Positions 52,448 through 64,000 of a stretch of 64,000 nucleotides of DNA are shown here, piece by piece. The stretch comes from Mobula hypostoma. Lineage: Eukaryota. Under the pieces are notes generated by a model, which did not search any database, was not told where the DNA came from, and was given only the letters and a program-made list of their open reading frames with translations. The stretch lies in NCBI RefSeq assembly GCF_963921235.1, contig NC_086109.1:26352001-26416000 (forward strand), given 5' to 3'. Position numbers and translations under genes: made by a program. Each line of letters begins with the position of its first letter. Positions within the stretch are counted from its first letter, which is position 1.

Positions 52448-52740
52448 CTCACCTTGTCACGGTGGAGAGGGTTGTGGGTTCCCGAGATCCTGAGCGTGAT
52501 GCTGAATGGAGTTTAGACATCTGGCGCTTAGATCCTGGTAGGGTCACCGATGGCATTAAGGACAAGGGGGACGTTCCAGACAAAGAGCGATCCAACCAAG
52601 TCATTAGCGGTGGAGCTGGCAGAAGATGGTGACACATCTCAATGCAAATTGTTTTGCATTCCACACCCATGGACCCTAACCCCGATCTGCCAAGGATTGC
52701 ATGCTGGCTGCTCCCGCAACAGCCAGCCCACATTAAGCAA
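52448..52740 (+). mobile_element. RTE (Rex3/Expander-like) 5' region fragment; related fragment at 55140-55275 (minus)
   Basis: CACCTTGTCACGGTGGAGAGGG…CCTGGTAGGGTCACCGATGGC…CCAGACAAAGAGC. Confidence 0.6.
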
Positions 52741-52889
52741 AGTCACGTACAGGTATTTCCCCTTGAGGGAATCCATCCTTATGTGGACCCTGGATTGGTT
52801 TCTATCACTACTTAGAGACCTACCAATAGACCACCCCTTAAGAGAACATTATACTCTATTTAAGTGGTCACCCTACTATTAATGACATA

Positions 52890-53305
52890 GTTTGATGGCT
52901 CTAGGCCTGTACTCACTGGAGTTAAGAAGAATGAGGGGGGATCTCATTGAAACCTATCGAATATTGAAAAGCCTGGTTAGAGTGGATGTGGAGGCGATGT
53001 TTGCTCTGGAGGAATCTGGGACCAGAGGGCGCAGCCTCAGCACACAGAGATGAGGAGGAATTTCTTTAGCCAGAGTGTGGTGAATTTGTGGAATTCATTG
53101 GCAAGGTAGCTGTGGAGGTCAGGTCAGTGGGTATATTTAAGGCAGAGTTTGATAGGTTCTTGATTAGTAAGGGAATTAAAGGTTATGGAGGGAATGCAGG
53201 AAAATGAGGTTGAGAGGGATGATTAAATCAGCCATGATGGAATGGCAGAGAGGACTTGTTGGGCCAAATGACTTAAGTCTGCTCTAATGTCTTATTGTGT
53301 TATGC
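52890..53305 (+). mobile_element. CR1 3' fragment
   Basis: [19 protein letters not shown] and RRNFFSQSVVNLWN plus tail. Confidence 0.8.
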
Positions 53306-53837
53306 ACTTATATCTGTTTCACAAATAACTCATTTAAGGACACTTATACAGACATGGTAATTGAATTAAGAAAAAGGTTGAATCTAAACTGAACAGAAAA
53401 ATCTAGTTAATTCTCTAGAGAGGCATTATTTTTTTCATATCAAAGGAAAATGTTGGTGAAAGTGGTGTTCCCATTGGAAATTCCTGCATATTCTTTAAAT
53501 AATGGTTCACAGCCTCCTTGGATCAGTTCTCCACCCACACTTACTGCTGGCCTACTTACTAAACCACCTCTTACCTTGAGTGGGTGCTCCTTCGAGAGCT
53601 TCCTCAAGGAAACAGGCTCTGATGTGATTATCCAGGGTCTGAGCTTGCAAGGCCTTTGTAGTTTGCAAATCCCACAGGAATACTCACACTCATGAACTAA
53701 AAAGCCTATTTTAAATTCCACATAACATTAAGAAGTGTTTAAGATTATTAAACAATACAAAAATGTAAGTACTTATAATCCAAGAAAATATTTAGAACCG
53801 TTAAATGTATTTCAATCAACATAATCCATTTAAGGAT

Positions 53838-54816
53838 CACACATCAAAGTTGCTGGTGAACGCAGCAGGCCAGGCAGCATCTGTAGGAAGAGGTGCAGTC
53901 GACATTTCAGGCCGAAACCCGTCGTCAGGACTAACTGAAGGAAGAGTGAGTAAGGGATTTGAAAGTTGGAGGGGGAGGGGGAGATCCAAAATGATAGGAG
54001 AAGACAGGAGGGGGAGGGATAGAGCCAAGAGCTGGACAGGTGATAGGCAAAAGGGATAGGAGAGAATCATGGGACAGGAGGTCCGGGAAGAAAGACAAGT
54101 GGTGGGGGGGGACCCAGAGGATGGGCAAGAGGTATATTCAGAGGGACAGAGGGAGAAAAAGGAGAGTGAGAGAAAGAATGTGTGCATAAAAATAAGTAAC
54201 AGATGGGGTACGAGGGGGAGGTGGGTCCTTAGCGGAAGTTAGAGAAGTCGATGTCCATGCCATCAGGTTGGAGGCTACCCAGACGGAATATAAGGTGTTG
54301 TTCCTCCAAGCTGAGTGTGGCTTCATCTTTACAGTAGAGGAGGCCGTGGATAGACATGTCAGAATGGGAATGGGATGTAGAATTAAAATGTGTGGCCACT
54401 GGGAGATCCTGCTTTCTCTGGCGGACAGAGCGTTGATGTTCAGCAAAGCGGTCTCCCAGTCTGCGTCGGGTCTCGCCAATATATAAAAGGCCACATCGGG
54501 AGCACCAGACGCAGTATATCACCCCAGTCGACTCACAGGTGAAGTGTTGCCTCTCGTATCCCCTTTTGCCTGTCACCCGTCCAGCTCTTGGTTCTATCCC
54601 TCCCTCTCCTGTCTTCTCCTATCATTTTGGATCTCCCCCTCCCCCTCCAACTTTCAAATCCCTTACTCACTCTTCCTTCAGTTAGTCCTGACGAAGGGTC
54701 TCAGCCTGAAACGTCGACTGTACCTCTTCCTAGAGATGCTGCCTGGCCTGCTGTGTTCACCAGCAACTTTGATGTGTGTTGCTTGAATTTCCAGCATCTG
54801 CAGAATTCCTGTTGTT
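53838..54816 (-). mobile_element. Penelope-like element with an inverted 5' terminal repeat
   Basis: Minus-strand GIY-YIG ORF 54229-54576 (VIYCVWCSRCGLLYIGETRRRLGDRFAEH). Inverted terminal repeat at about 54558-54816. 13-bp TSD TCCATTTAAGGAT at 53825-53837 and 54817-54829. Confidence 0.93.
54684..54719 (+). ncRNA. Minimal type I hammerhead ribozyme motif
   Basis: AGTC-CTGACGA-A-GGGT(CTCA)GCCT-GAAA-CGTC-GACT. Stem I AGTC/GACT is perfect, with predicted cleavage after C54715. Confidence 0.75.
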
Positions 54817-55539
54817 TCCATTTAAGGATGATGTTAACTTCCTGAAGCCTACTTTACTTTTTTCCAGCTGGTTCTCTGAATGAAGTCATCAAGTCTGTGT
54901 TTTCCCAGCTATTTCCCAGTTTTATTGGCAGAAAACCAGTAGAAATTCACATTTCACCACAGGCATTCATTAGGAACCCAGCATTATGGCACAGCAGACT
55001 TCAAGTGTCTGAGAGTACTGAACTTGTTGGCAGTTATGGAGTGCTGTGTTCAACAAGTGGCTTTTGTTATGGAAATTATAGATTATCCCACTTGTCAGGT
55101 ACTGAATTAAGTTTCTTTTGCAAATTATCGCTATTGTATTTGTTGGATAGCTCTCTGTCTGGAACCTCCTCCTTTACCTTAATGCCATGGGTGAACCTAC
55201 CAGGGGCTAAGCTCCAGACGGCATTGCTCTCGGGATCTCAGCCTCTCCACCGCGACAAGGTGACGATCCTTGGAGAAGTTGCAATGCAAAAGCCGAATGA
55301 CTACATCAAGTGTTGGAAGTGCGAAAGAAAATCAGAAACCATTACGCACGGACAACAGAGCAGTTAGCATAGAGAAAAAGTAAACACAATAAAATCTGGA
55401 GTGACCTTTCATCCGATACTTGTGCAGATTAAGGCCAATGCCATAGGAGCACAATTAGGCCATTCAGCCCATCATGGCTGCTCTGCTTGATGTATTACCA
55501 TGAAAAAACTAAAAATATCCCTATATATTCATGTTGTGT

Positions 55540-55830
55540 GGCACGTGGCCAAGTGGTTAGGGTGCTGGACTAGCGATCTGAAGGTTGTGGATTCGAGCCT
55601 CGGCTGAGATAGCATGTGTGTCCTTGAGCAAGGCACTTAACCACACAATGCTCCAGTCTACCCAGCTGAGAATGGGTACCAACAAAAATGCTGGGGGTTA
55701 ACCTCACAATAGACCGGCGTCCTATCCGTGGTGGGGGGGCGGCGGGGGGGTGTTTCGTACTCTCAGTCGCTTCACGCCATGGAAACCGGCATAAGCACCG
55801 GCCTGATGGGCCACTCGTGACAGACTGTAA
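55540..55830 (+). mobile_element. tRNA-derived CORE-like SINE, second tail type
   Basis: TGGCCAAGTGG A-box, GATTCGAGCC B-box, TGTGTCCTTGAGCAAGGCACTTAACC core. Confidence 0.75.
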
Positions 55831-56134
55831 CCTTTTAATCTATTCATGTTACTAACTTGATTTTTGCCCAGAATTTCTTTATAATAATAACAGCCTGGCA
55901 TTAGTGTTGATGAAATGGTTAAGGTGTTGGAAACTCATCCCACCATAGCAATACAAGGCTGTTCTGGTTTGGTCTTTGCTAGTGCCATCATTAAGAATGG
56001 AGTCAACACCTAGACTGCAAGTTGTGGTGGTTCTCTCCTAGGTGTAGGCCAAAACTTCTGTAATTTATTACCTGAGGTTTTTTGGATGCATTTCCTGTCA
56101 TGTAATTTTTCCCAATATGCCCTGTTAATGGTTA

Positions 56135-56985
56135 AATGGTTCAATTTAATATCAGAGGATGTATACAGTATATAACCTGAAATTTTTACTCTTTGCAGAC
56201 ATTCACGAAACAGAGAAAAAAACACAAAAAAATGAATGACAGAAAAACGTTACAAACCCAAAGACCCCCACCTCCCACATACAAGCAACAGCAAAAGCAT
56301 TAACCCTCCCCCTCCCCCCACTTGCTCCAGCAAAAGCAACACCCCCCCCACCTCACCACCCACTATACAAGCGATAGCAAGCCCCCGCCCCCCCCCCAGA
56401 CACCATGATCTAGAGTTCATCCAAAACTACTGTCCAACACTTGGACATCTCAGACAGGCTCTCTCTCTCTCATTAATGAGGGACAGAGAGATATCACTCC
56501 TGTAACAGCGAAAGGGGAGGCCAGCAGTTCGCTGTTTTACAATGTTACAGTCTGCAACAAGTTCCCCCAATACAGATCCAGCAGTCACTCATTCAACATA
56601 GAAAGAGAGAGGGAGAGAGATTACTCGAGTGCAGAGGCTTCTGACAACCGCGCAGTCTGTTTCAATGTTTCGATCTCCCGTGACACTTCAGCTGGTGACA
56701 TCGGTGAGGAATCGGGTCATTCAAAGGGCTGCACCCTGAAGGTACAGGTCCTCCAACTGCTCCTGGAGATACCAAAGGGCCAGGCTGCTTAGCCAGCTTT
56801 GAAAGTGAGAACCCACAGCCTGTGAAGAACATAGATTGAGTGCAAATGTAGATTATGGACTCTAACAGGACCCCAGCCACCCTGAAGTGGGGAAAAAAGA
56901 GACATCAGATCAGGAGACTTAAACTTTCTCATGGATAAACTGGAAGAAGTCGCCCAGGTCCTCAAATTCCCCTGGCGCCATCTTT
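56135..56985 (-). mobile_element. Non-coding non-autonomous retroposon starting AAGATGGCGCC
   Basis: The 3' half matches 9920-10445. The 5' AAGATGGC motif is shared with the Rex1-like element at 58302. Confidence 0.6.
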
Positions 56986-57834
56986 AGCTTCTCCCAGGAG
57001 GATTGATTTCCTGATCTGTATTTCACTGGTGCAGAGACATCTTCACCAATTCTTCATCCTTTTTTTCCTGAAAATCTCAAATACATCAGACATGGTTTGA
57101 CTGCATGCACTTCCTACCCATAAAGCTTTGTGTCCTGTTTTCAATTTAATTTTACCAAAACTGGTTTGCTTTAACTTCTGAAGTTTGTGCTCATTAAGAT
57201 AACTGGACGTCCCTAAATAATAAAGCACAGTAAAAAGCAAGCTTTTCATACAATTTTCAGCAAAACACTAAACATTTTCTCTTCTTTTACAGCTTTTGCT
57301 TTTGCTACAAAAAGAAATATTTTCGCCTTGTTAACTTGGGACTCCGCAGATGATTCGAAGTACATCAAAAGCTGTAACGTGTTGAGATTTTCCATAACAT
57401 CTCTCAATCCAGACTGTACTTTGCTTTTGAAGACATTCCAAGCAAATTTCATCTGCTGTTCCATATCGTATATAGTTTTCTCCTCCATTTGTGCAGTAAA
57501 TTTCTGTTTTTATCATTTGTTACTCCTTGCTAGTCATTTCTGTCATGTTTTAGCTCATTTACCTGATGACTAACATATTGAATTTTTCCATTGACCTTTC
57601 CCGCTTGAACTTCTGCTTTCCTTTTACAGTAACTCATTTTTCCTTTTGTTATGAAATTTCATCTGGTGTTTTGTCTTGATTTGTACGAATGATTTGCTCT
57701 CAAGAAGATTGGACATTACAGTGAGAAACAGTCAAAAATTACCAAGTACGTTACAGAAAGTATTCTGGCTTCAAACAAAGGTTTTCATTAATTTATGACA
57801 AGCAGACCTTGCTGGCAAGCCTATTATTGGGCAT

Positions 57835-58050
57835 AGGTCACCACGGTATTGTAGCGGTTAGAGCGACAATATTACAGCTCGAGGCATCAGAGTTCAGATT
57901 TCAATTCCAGCACCGTCTATAAAGTGCTTGTATGTTCTTCCCATGACTGCGTGGGTTTCTTCCGGGTGCTCTGATTTCCTCCCACAGTTCAAAGATGTAC
58001 TAGCAAGTAGGTTAAATAGTCATTGTAGATTGTCCTGTGATTAGGCTAGT
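57835..58050 (+). mobile_element. HE1-like SINE fragment
   Basis: GTAGCGGTTAG A-box and the TGCGTGGGTTTCTTCCGGGTGCTC…CAAAGATGTAC core. Confidence 0.7.
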
Positions 58051-58301
58051 GATTGCATGAGAGCTAAATTACAGCTGCCATTTATTCTGAATTGGTTGAG
58101 TTATAGATTCATACAGAATAGAAACAGGCCACTCTGCCCAATAGAAGCACGGTAACCAGCAACCATCCATTTACACTAATGGTACATAAATCCCATTGTT
58201 TCATTCTACCTCCAGTTCTCACCAACTTCCCACAGATTCTGCCACCAGCATACACATTACGGGTAACTTATACAGCCAATTAAACTATCCACCTGCAGTA
58301 T

Positions 58302-60775
58302 CCAAGATGGCACTGGCAATATATGGTGATGATTTATGGGCAGCTCACAAAACTACTAGATATTCTACTAGATATACTTCTTCTGAACTACGATCATTAC
58401 AATACAATCACTGCAATCCACAGCTTATATTTTCCATTTAAGTAAAGTTCTTCTGAAACATCTGTTCTGAACAAACTAGTAATTTTACGATCTCCTGAAG
58501 AATTCAGCGAACTTGAATCTCTGGAGTCAAGAACAGCACCTTGAAGACGAAGGTTGGCCGTTGCTGAGGCGGGCTCCATGCCAGATTAAAGTGTTGAGGC
58601 CTACGAGCAGAAACAAATCAGTGCTCATCCCCATTACTCTGTGCCAGTCAAGATCCCCTACTGATCCTGTCCCATCTGCTTACGTCTGACCAGTCTCCCT
58701 CTCACCCTAGTTCACCTAGACAATATAAACACCTATATCAGGTTGCTGTTCATTGACTATAGATCAGTGTTTAGAAACATAGAAACTTAGAAAATCTACA
58801 GCACAATACAGGCCCTTCAGCCCACAAAGCTGTGCCGAACATGTCCTTACCTTAGAAATTACCTAGGCTTACACATAGCTCTCTATTTTTTTGAGCTCCA
58901 TGTACCTATCCAGGAGTCTCTTAAAAGACCCTATTGTTTCCACCTCCACCACCGTCGCCAGCAGCCCATTTCACGCACTCACCACTCTGCGTAAAAAACT
59001 TACCCCTGACATCTCCTCTGTACCTGCTTCCAAGCACCTTAAAACTATGCCCTCTCGTACCAGCCATTTCAGCTCTGGGAAAAAGCCTCGGACTATCCAC
59101 ACGATCAATGCCTCTCATCATCTTCTACACCTCTATCAGGTCACCTCTCATCCTCCGTCGCTCCAAGGAGAAAAGAACGAGTTCACTCAACCTATTCTCA
59201 TAAGGCATGCTCTCCAATTCAGGCAACATCCTTGTAAATCTCCTCTGCTTCCAATTTCCAGCCTGATAGCCTCATATTTCCCCTCAATCCAATTAAACAT
59301 TTCCCTAACTTGTCTGTCCCTATCCCTCTCCAATGCTATGGTAAGGGAGCTAGAATTGTGATCACTATCTCCAAAATGCTCTCCCACTGAGAGACCTGAC
59401 ACCTGACCAGGTTCATTTCCCAATACCAGATCAAGTACAGCCTCTCCTCTTGTAGACTTATCTACATATTGTGTCAAAAAACCTTCCTGAACACACCTAA
59501 CAAACTCCACCCCATCTAAACCCTTCACTCAAGGGAGGTGCCAATCAATATTCGGGAAATTAAAATCTCCCACCACGACAACCCTGTTATTATTAGTCCT
59601 TTCCAGAATCTGTCTCCCTATCTGCTCCTCGATGTTTAACACCATCATTCTCAGAGTTCTGGTCAATAAGCTACAGTATCTGGCCTTTGTACCTCCTTCT
59701 GCAATTGGATCCTTGACTTCCTAACTGGAACCTTGATTTCTTAACCATAAGACCACAATCTGTGCAGTTTGGTTAGAATATTTCCTACTTGTTGACGATG
59801 AACACTGGTGCACCTCAGGGATGTGTGCTTAGCCCACTACTCTACTCTCTCTACACCCATGAGTCTGGGCTAGGCACAGCTCAAATGCCATCTATAAATT
59901 TGCTGGTCATACAACCATTGTTGGTAGAATCTCAGATGAAGACGAGAGGCGTACAGGAGCGTGATATATCAGCTAGTTGAGTGGTGTTGCAGCAGCAACA
60001 ACCTTGCACTCAATGCCAGCAAGACCAAAGGGCTGACTGTGGACCAGAAAGGGGTAAGATGAGGGAACACAAACCAATCCTCATAGAGGAATCAGATGTG
60101 GAGAGAGTGAGCAGTTTTCAAATTCTTGGGTGATCTCTGAGGATCTAATCTGAACCCAACATATCGATGCAGCTGCAAAGAGGACACAACAGCAGCTATA
60201 TTTCATTAGGAGTTTGAGGAGATTTGGTTTGTTCACCTCAAAAACACTCGAAAACTTCTACAGATGCACCGTGGCATTGCGACAGACCACATCAGCCTCT
60301 GGTATGGGTTTGAGGGGAGGGGCTACTGCACAGGATCGAAGGAAGCTGCAGAAAGTTGTTAAATTAGTCAGCTCTCTCCTGGGTGCTAGTCTCCATAACA
60401 TCCAGGACGCTTTCAAGGAGTGGTGCCTCAGAGAGGCAGTGTCCATTCTTAAGGACCCCCATCAACCGGTACATGCCCTCTTCTCACCGTTACCGTCAGG
60501 AAGGAGGTACAGAAGCCTAAGGGCACACACTCAACGATTCAGAAACAGCTTCTTCCCCTCTGGCATACGATTCCTAAATGCACATTGAACCTATGAACAC
60601 TACCTCACTTTTTTAATATTATTTCTGTTTTCACACTATTTTTAATTTAACTCTTTCATATACATATATTTGCTGTAATTGACTTACTATTTTTTCTATT
60701 TTATCCTGTATGCATTGTACTGCTAAGGTAATAAATTTCACGACAGATGTCGGTGATAATAATCCTGATTCCAAT
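58302..60775 (+). mobile_element. Internally deleted Rex1/Babar LINE interrupted by a CR1
   Basis: 5' CAAGATGGC start. HLDNINTYIRLLFIDYRSVF|NTII, NTGAPQGCVLSPLLYSLYTH, KDPHQPVHALFSPLPSGRRYRSL…FRNSFFPS. Most of the endonuclease is absent. Confidence 0.85.
58774..59632 (-). mobile_element. Internally deleted CR1 (APE part fused to the 3' end)
   Basis: GDFNFP…LDLVLGNEPG…SDHN is joined at about 59245 directly to the 3' terminal region. TSD TGTTTA at 58768-58773 and 59633-59638. Confidence 0.85.
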
Positions 60776-61364
60776 TCTCATTCTTCTCGCTATTACCATC
60801 GGGTGGGAGGGGCAGGAGTCTTGTGTCCCACGAGACCAGGAACGGGATCAGTTGCCGCCCTGCAGCCATCGGGCTCCTGGGACTAGATCCATTGACCTCA
60901 GCACTGAGTTGACTCTGCAGACTGTGGACTCACGTTCTGGGACTCTGCCACTCATTTTCTATGTGTTACTTGTTTACTTGTTTTTATTATTTGCATCATT
61001 CATCCTCTTTTGCACATTGGATGTTTGTTGGTCTTCGTTGTGCATCGGTTTTTGTGGATTCTAACTGTATTTCTTTATTTTCCTGTGGCTTCCTGCAGGA
61101 AAATTAATCTCAGTGTTGTATATGGTATTGTTGTTGTTCGTTGTTCCTTTTCGTGCCTTTTGGTGATTTGGGGGGCATTTCTGCCGGTTCCATAGCATTC
61201 GACTATTTTTTACGAGGCCGAGTTGCTAACTCAGTGCTCAACCTAGCACAGATGGAAAGCGTGCAAAGAGCCAGCTGGTTTTGAATTTGGAACCATTCTT
61301 CTCAAAGTCCACTGCTCTTGCCACTACCCCACTGGTCGGCATTGTATATGATATACATTACCTA

Positions 61365-61700
61365 TTGCTGGTTACTCCACTGGAATTTTGGGCCGCAGTT
61401 AAGGTCCTCCATCTCTCTTTGTCCTTGGCCATTCAGATGCAGAAAGATTCTTTATTGTTGTTTCCATAACCATTTTGCTTTACCAGTCAGGGTTGTTGGC
61501 TCTGAGCTGAACCCCCAAGTCCGGAGGACCAATGGACCACTCTCAGTTTGGCCTTTACCCTTTGACCTGTTTGGCATGGGTGACCCTCCTAAAAGCCAAA
61601 GAATAAAACCCTGACTCCAGCCAACGTAGCTCTCTCCGTGTCATTGGGGCACGCGAGCCTCCAAACCATGGCAAGGTTGCAGTCCTCTCGGAGGATGTGG
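61365..61700 (-). mobile_element. Non-autonomous RTE-derived element, second copy, within a cluster of Rex1 tail and SINE fragments (60790-61900)
   Basis: Reverse complement is colinear with 47052-47392. Confidence 0.7.
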
Positions 61701-62300
61701 TATACATACTTTGACAATAAATTTACTTTGAACTTTTGAACTTTGATCTTTGGGATGTGGGATGAAATTGGAGCATTTGGAGGAATTTTGCCAGGTCTCA
61801 GCGAGAACATACAAACTCTATACAGAGCACCGTGGATATCAGAAATGAACCCAGGTCACTGTGGGACTATAGGATAGTGGCTCTTCTAGCTGGGCCACTA
61901 AGTAGACAGTTTAGATGAAAATAAAAGTCAGACATGATTAATTTCAATTTACGTTTTAGAGATTTCAAGAGCCTGAGACAGCAAGTCATCTCCAGTTACT
62001 GTGTTTCTGTATACAGCACTGCAAGTAAATGTAAACATTGTGAGGACTGGGCAGTGTGTGCCAGAGTGATACTTCCAGGCACGTTTATAATACCGAGATA
62101 AGATATGAAATTACAATCTGAGCTATTTCAAGAAAAGGCATTTTAATTTCATGGTACCTTACAATGTACTTTATTTTAGGCCATTGTGAATTTGAAAGCT
62201 ACTATAGAAATACCAGTCTTTATTTTAATGAATGGCAATATGAGTCTTAGGGTCAATTTGAGATCGGGTGGTAAGAGAAATAAAAGATGCACAATAACGT

Positions 62301-63174
62301 TGTTACGTACCCCGTAACTGGGTTGCCAAACCAGCAGAAATGGATCACTCAGTTGGAGTCTGGATTACTAGAACTAAGAAAGTTTTATTAAAGAAACAAG
62401 CGACACAGTACTCTAATCAAAAGGATAATGAATGCAACAGTTCAGCAATGATAAACATACATGTACACAGAATTAAGATAACAGGATCAATCAAGCTCTA
62501 TCGTTGTCTAGGGGTAAATGACCAGTTTCAAAGTGACGCAAAGTTCAGTTCAATTTAGTTCAGTTCAATTCGCAGTAATCGCTGCCGTGGGAGATGGACA
62601 GTGGGGGGAAGGAGAGAGAGAGCAAAACGAATGAATATTCAAGGCTTCCACACAGACCTTCGCAGTCAGCTTTCGGGCGAGTCCTTTGTGATGTCATCTG
62701 AGGTCACCGACCGTGACCCCTCCGTTTCCAGAAACGATCGTTTCCCTGCGGTGAACCTGGCACCCAGGCAAGGGTGGACACACACCAGGTTCCCGCCGAT
62801 CGTGCCTTTCCACCCTGAGCGTCTATAGCCTGGTCCCGCAAACTGGCCTTCCAAATCTTCCCACCGACTTGTAAGAGACGCACCGCTTCCAGGGTCTCGT
62901 TACCTCGGGTGTCGTGTGTGTGTCGCCTTAGTGAACCTGTCCCTTTTTATCCCCCTGCTGGGGTATCGCCTGCCCATCACTTCAAACAGTTCAGGGGTTC
63001 AAAGGGTGAGCCGATCTTTGACAGCTCTCCCATCCCTTCATTAACATCTCCAAATGCTGCTCCATTGTTTTCCTTATCTCTCTCTCTCCCGAAGACAGGC
63101 GGCAGACCAACTGCTGATCCCACTGGTACCAGCACAGGACAGCTACATCTTAATCTATGTGTATTCTCGTCACA
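62301..63174 (-). mobile_element. Solo LTR (Gypsy-type), copy 2
   Basis: TGTTAC…GTCACA termini and a 4-bp TSD ACGT. Homologous to 30204-31118. Confidence 0.88.
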
Positions 63175-63604
63175 ACGTTAAACCAATAATCTATTTATTC
63201 AGTGCTTGAGGGAACTTAAGCAAACATTACTTATCTAATGTAGCGTCCATCCTGAGTCCACTGCAGATCGCCTTCGTTTCCTCTTCTGTCCTCGACACCG
63301 CTCGCAATACCGCTCGGTGGTGAAGCCCTTCAGTAAGTCGTGAAGTGGTTGTGTTTACCCTAGTTCTGTTTTTCCTAGGAGGAAGAGATACCTCACCCCC
63401 TTGCACAAACAAGTTCTCCTTCCACACAGGTTGCCACTGAGACAAGTGAGTTCCACGATATAGTAAATTTGGCAAAGCATGTCTAACTGTGTTCCACAAT
63501 TCGTGTTCCAACAAGCTCAGGTCAATTGCACAGCAGCTGCTTAAAATGTTCACCCATTGATTGGCTTTACACTTTATCATAGCAGACATTGAATACAAAC
63601 TCCT

Positions 63605-63965
63605 AATCAGAATCAGGTTTAATATCACTGGCATATGTCATTAAATTTGTTGTTGTGTGACAGCAGTACATTGAAATACATAACAATAAAAACTAAATTA
63701 CAGTAAGAAGTATATATCATTTAAAAAAAGGTTAAATTAAATATGTGAGGTAATGTTCATGGGTTCAATGTCCATTCAGAACTCGGATGGCAGAGGGAAA
63801 GAAGCTGTTCCTGAATCATTCCTGAAATGTTTCAGGAACCATTTAGTGTGTTCCTTCAGGCTCCTGCACCTCCTCCTGATGGTAGCAATGAGAAGAGGGC
63901 ATGTCCTCGATGATGGATGCTGCCTTTTAGAGCCATCACTCCTTGAAAATGTCCTAGATGCTGCA
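63605..63965 (-). mobile_element. Rex1/Babar-type 3' fragment
   Basis: KAASI…LLIATIRRRCRSLKEHT…FRN motif and the (ATCAGA) tail. Confidence 0.75.
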
Positions 63966-64000
63966 AATGGAAAATGCAAATTAACTTCCCTTTCAACACC

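Noticed and set aside
30204..63174. One giant 33-kb LTR element
   Set aside because: Each LTR has its own distinct TSD, and there is no PBS, PPT or gag-pol between them.
63227..63634. 135-aa minus-strand ORF
   Set aside because: It starts within a Rex1 tail and ends in a TAAGTAA RTE-like tail, with no recognisable domain. It is more likely a non-coding repeat.
1..64000. Most ORFs in the six-frame track as host genes
   Set aside because: They are transposon fragments, antisense shadows of them, or short chance ORFs. I found no host exon with both convincing splice sites and protein similarity.

Overview
This is vertebrate nuclear DNA, most likely from a cartilaginous fish (ray or skate), inferred from the repeat set: HE1-type SINEs, HER1/CR1 LINEs and abundant Penelope-like elements. 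I find no host protein-coding exon, rRNA, true tRNA or CRISPR. The window reads as a large intron or gene desert packed with decayed mobile elements. These include CR1, Rex1/Babar, Nimb/I-clade and RTE-derived non-LTR elements, Penelope-like (GIY-YIG) elements, Gypsy LTRs, and hAT, piggyBac and Tc1 DNA transposons. Main points: (1) about ten Penelope terminal repeats carry a 36-nt minimal type I hammerhead ribozyme motif with a loopless palindromic stem III, and several occur as short foldback insertions with TSDs. (2) At 17182-28798 a miniature Gypsy (Tf1/sushi-like) element with a 167-bp internal region keeps a self-priming signature. A full-length Nimb LINE (15-bp TSD) landed between its TATA box and predicted start site and has itself collected four further insertions. 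(3) Other features are two solo LTRs of one family, a piggyBac MITE with repeated palindromes, SINE tail swapping, and an unexplained 175-bp structured direct repeat. Family names come from motif recognition without database searches, and boundaries not fixed by TSDs are approximate.
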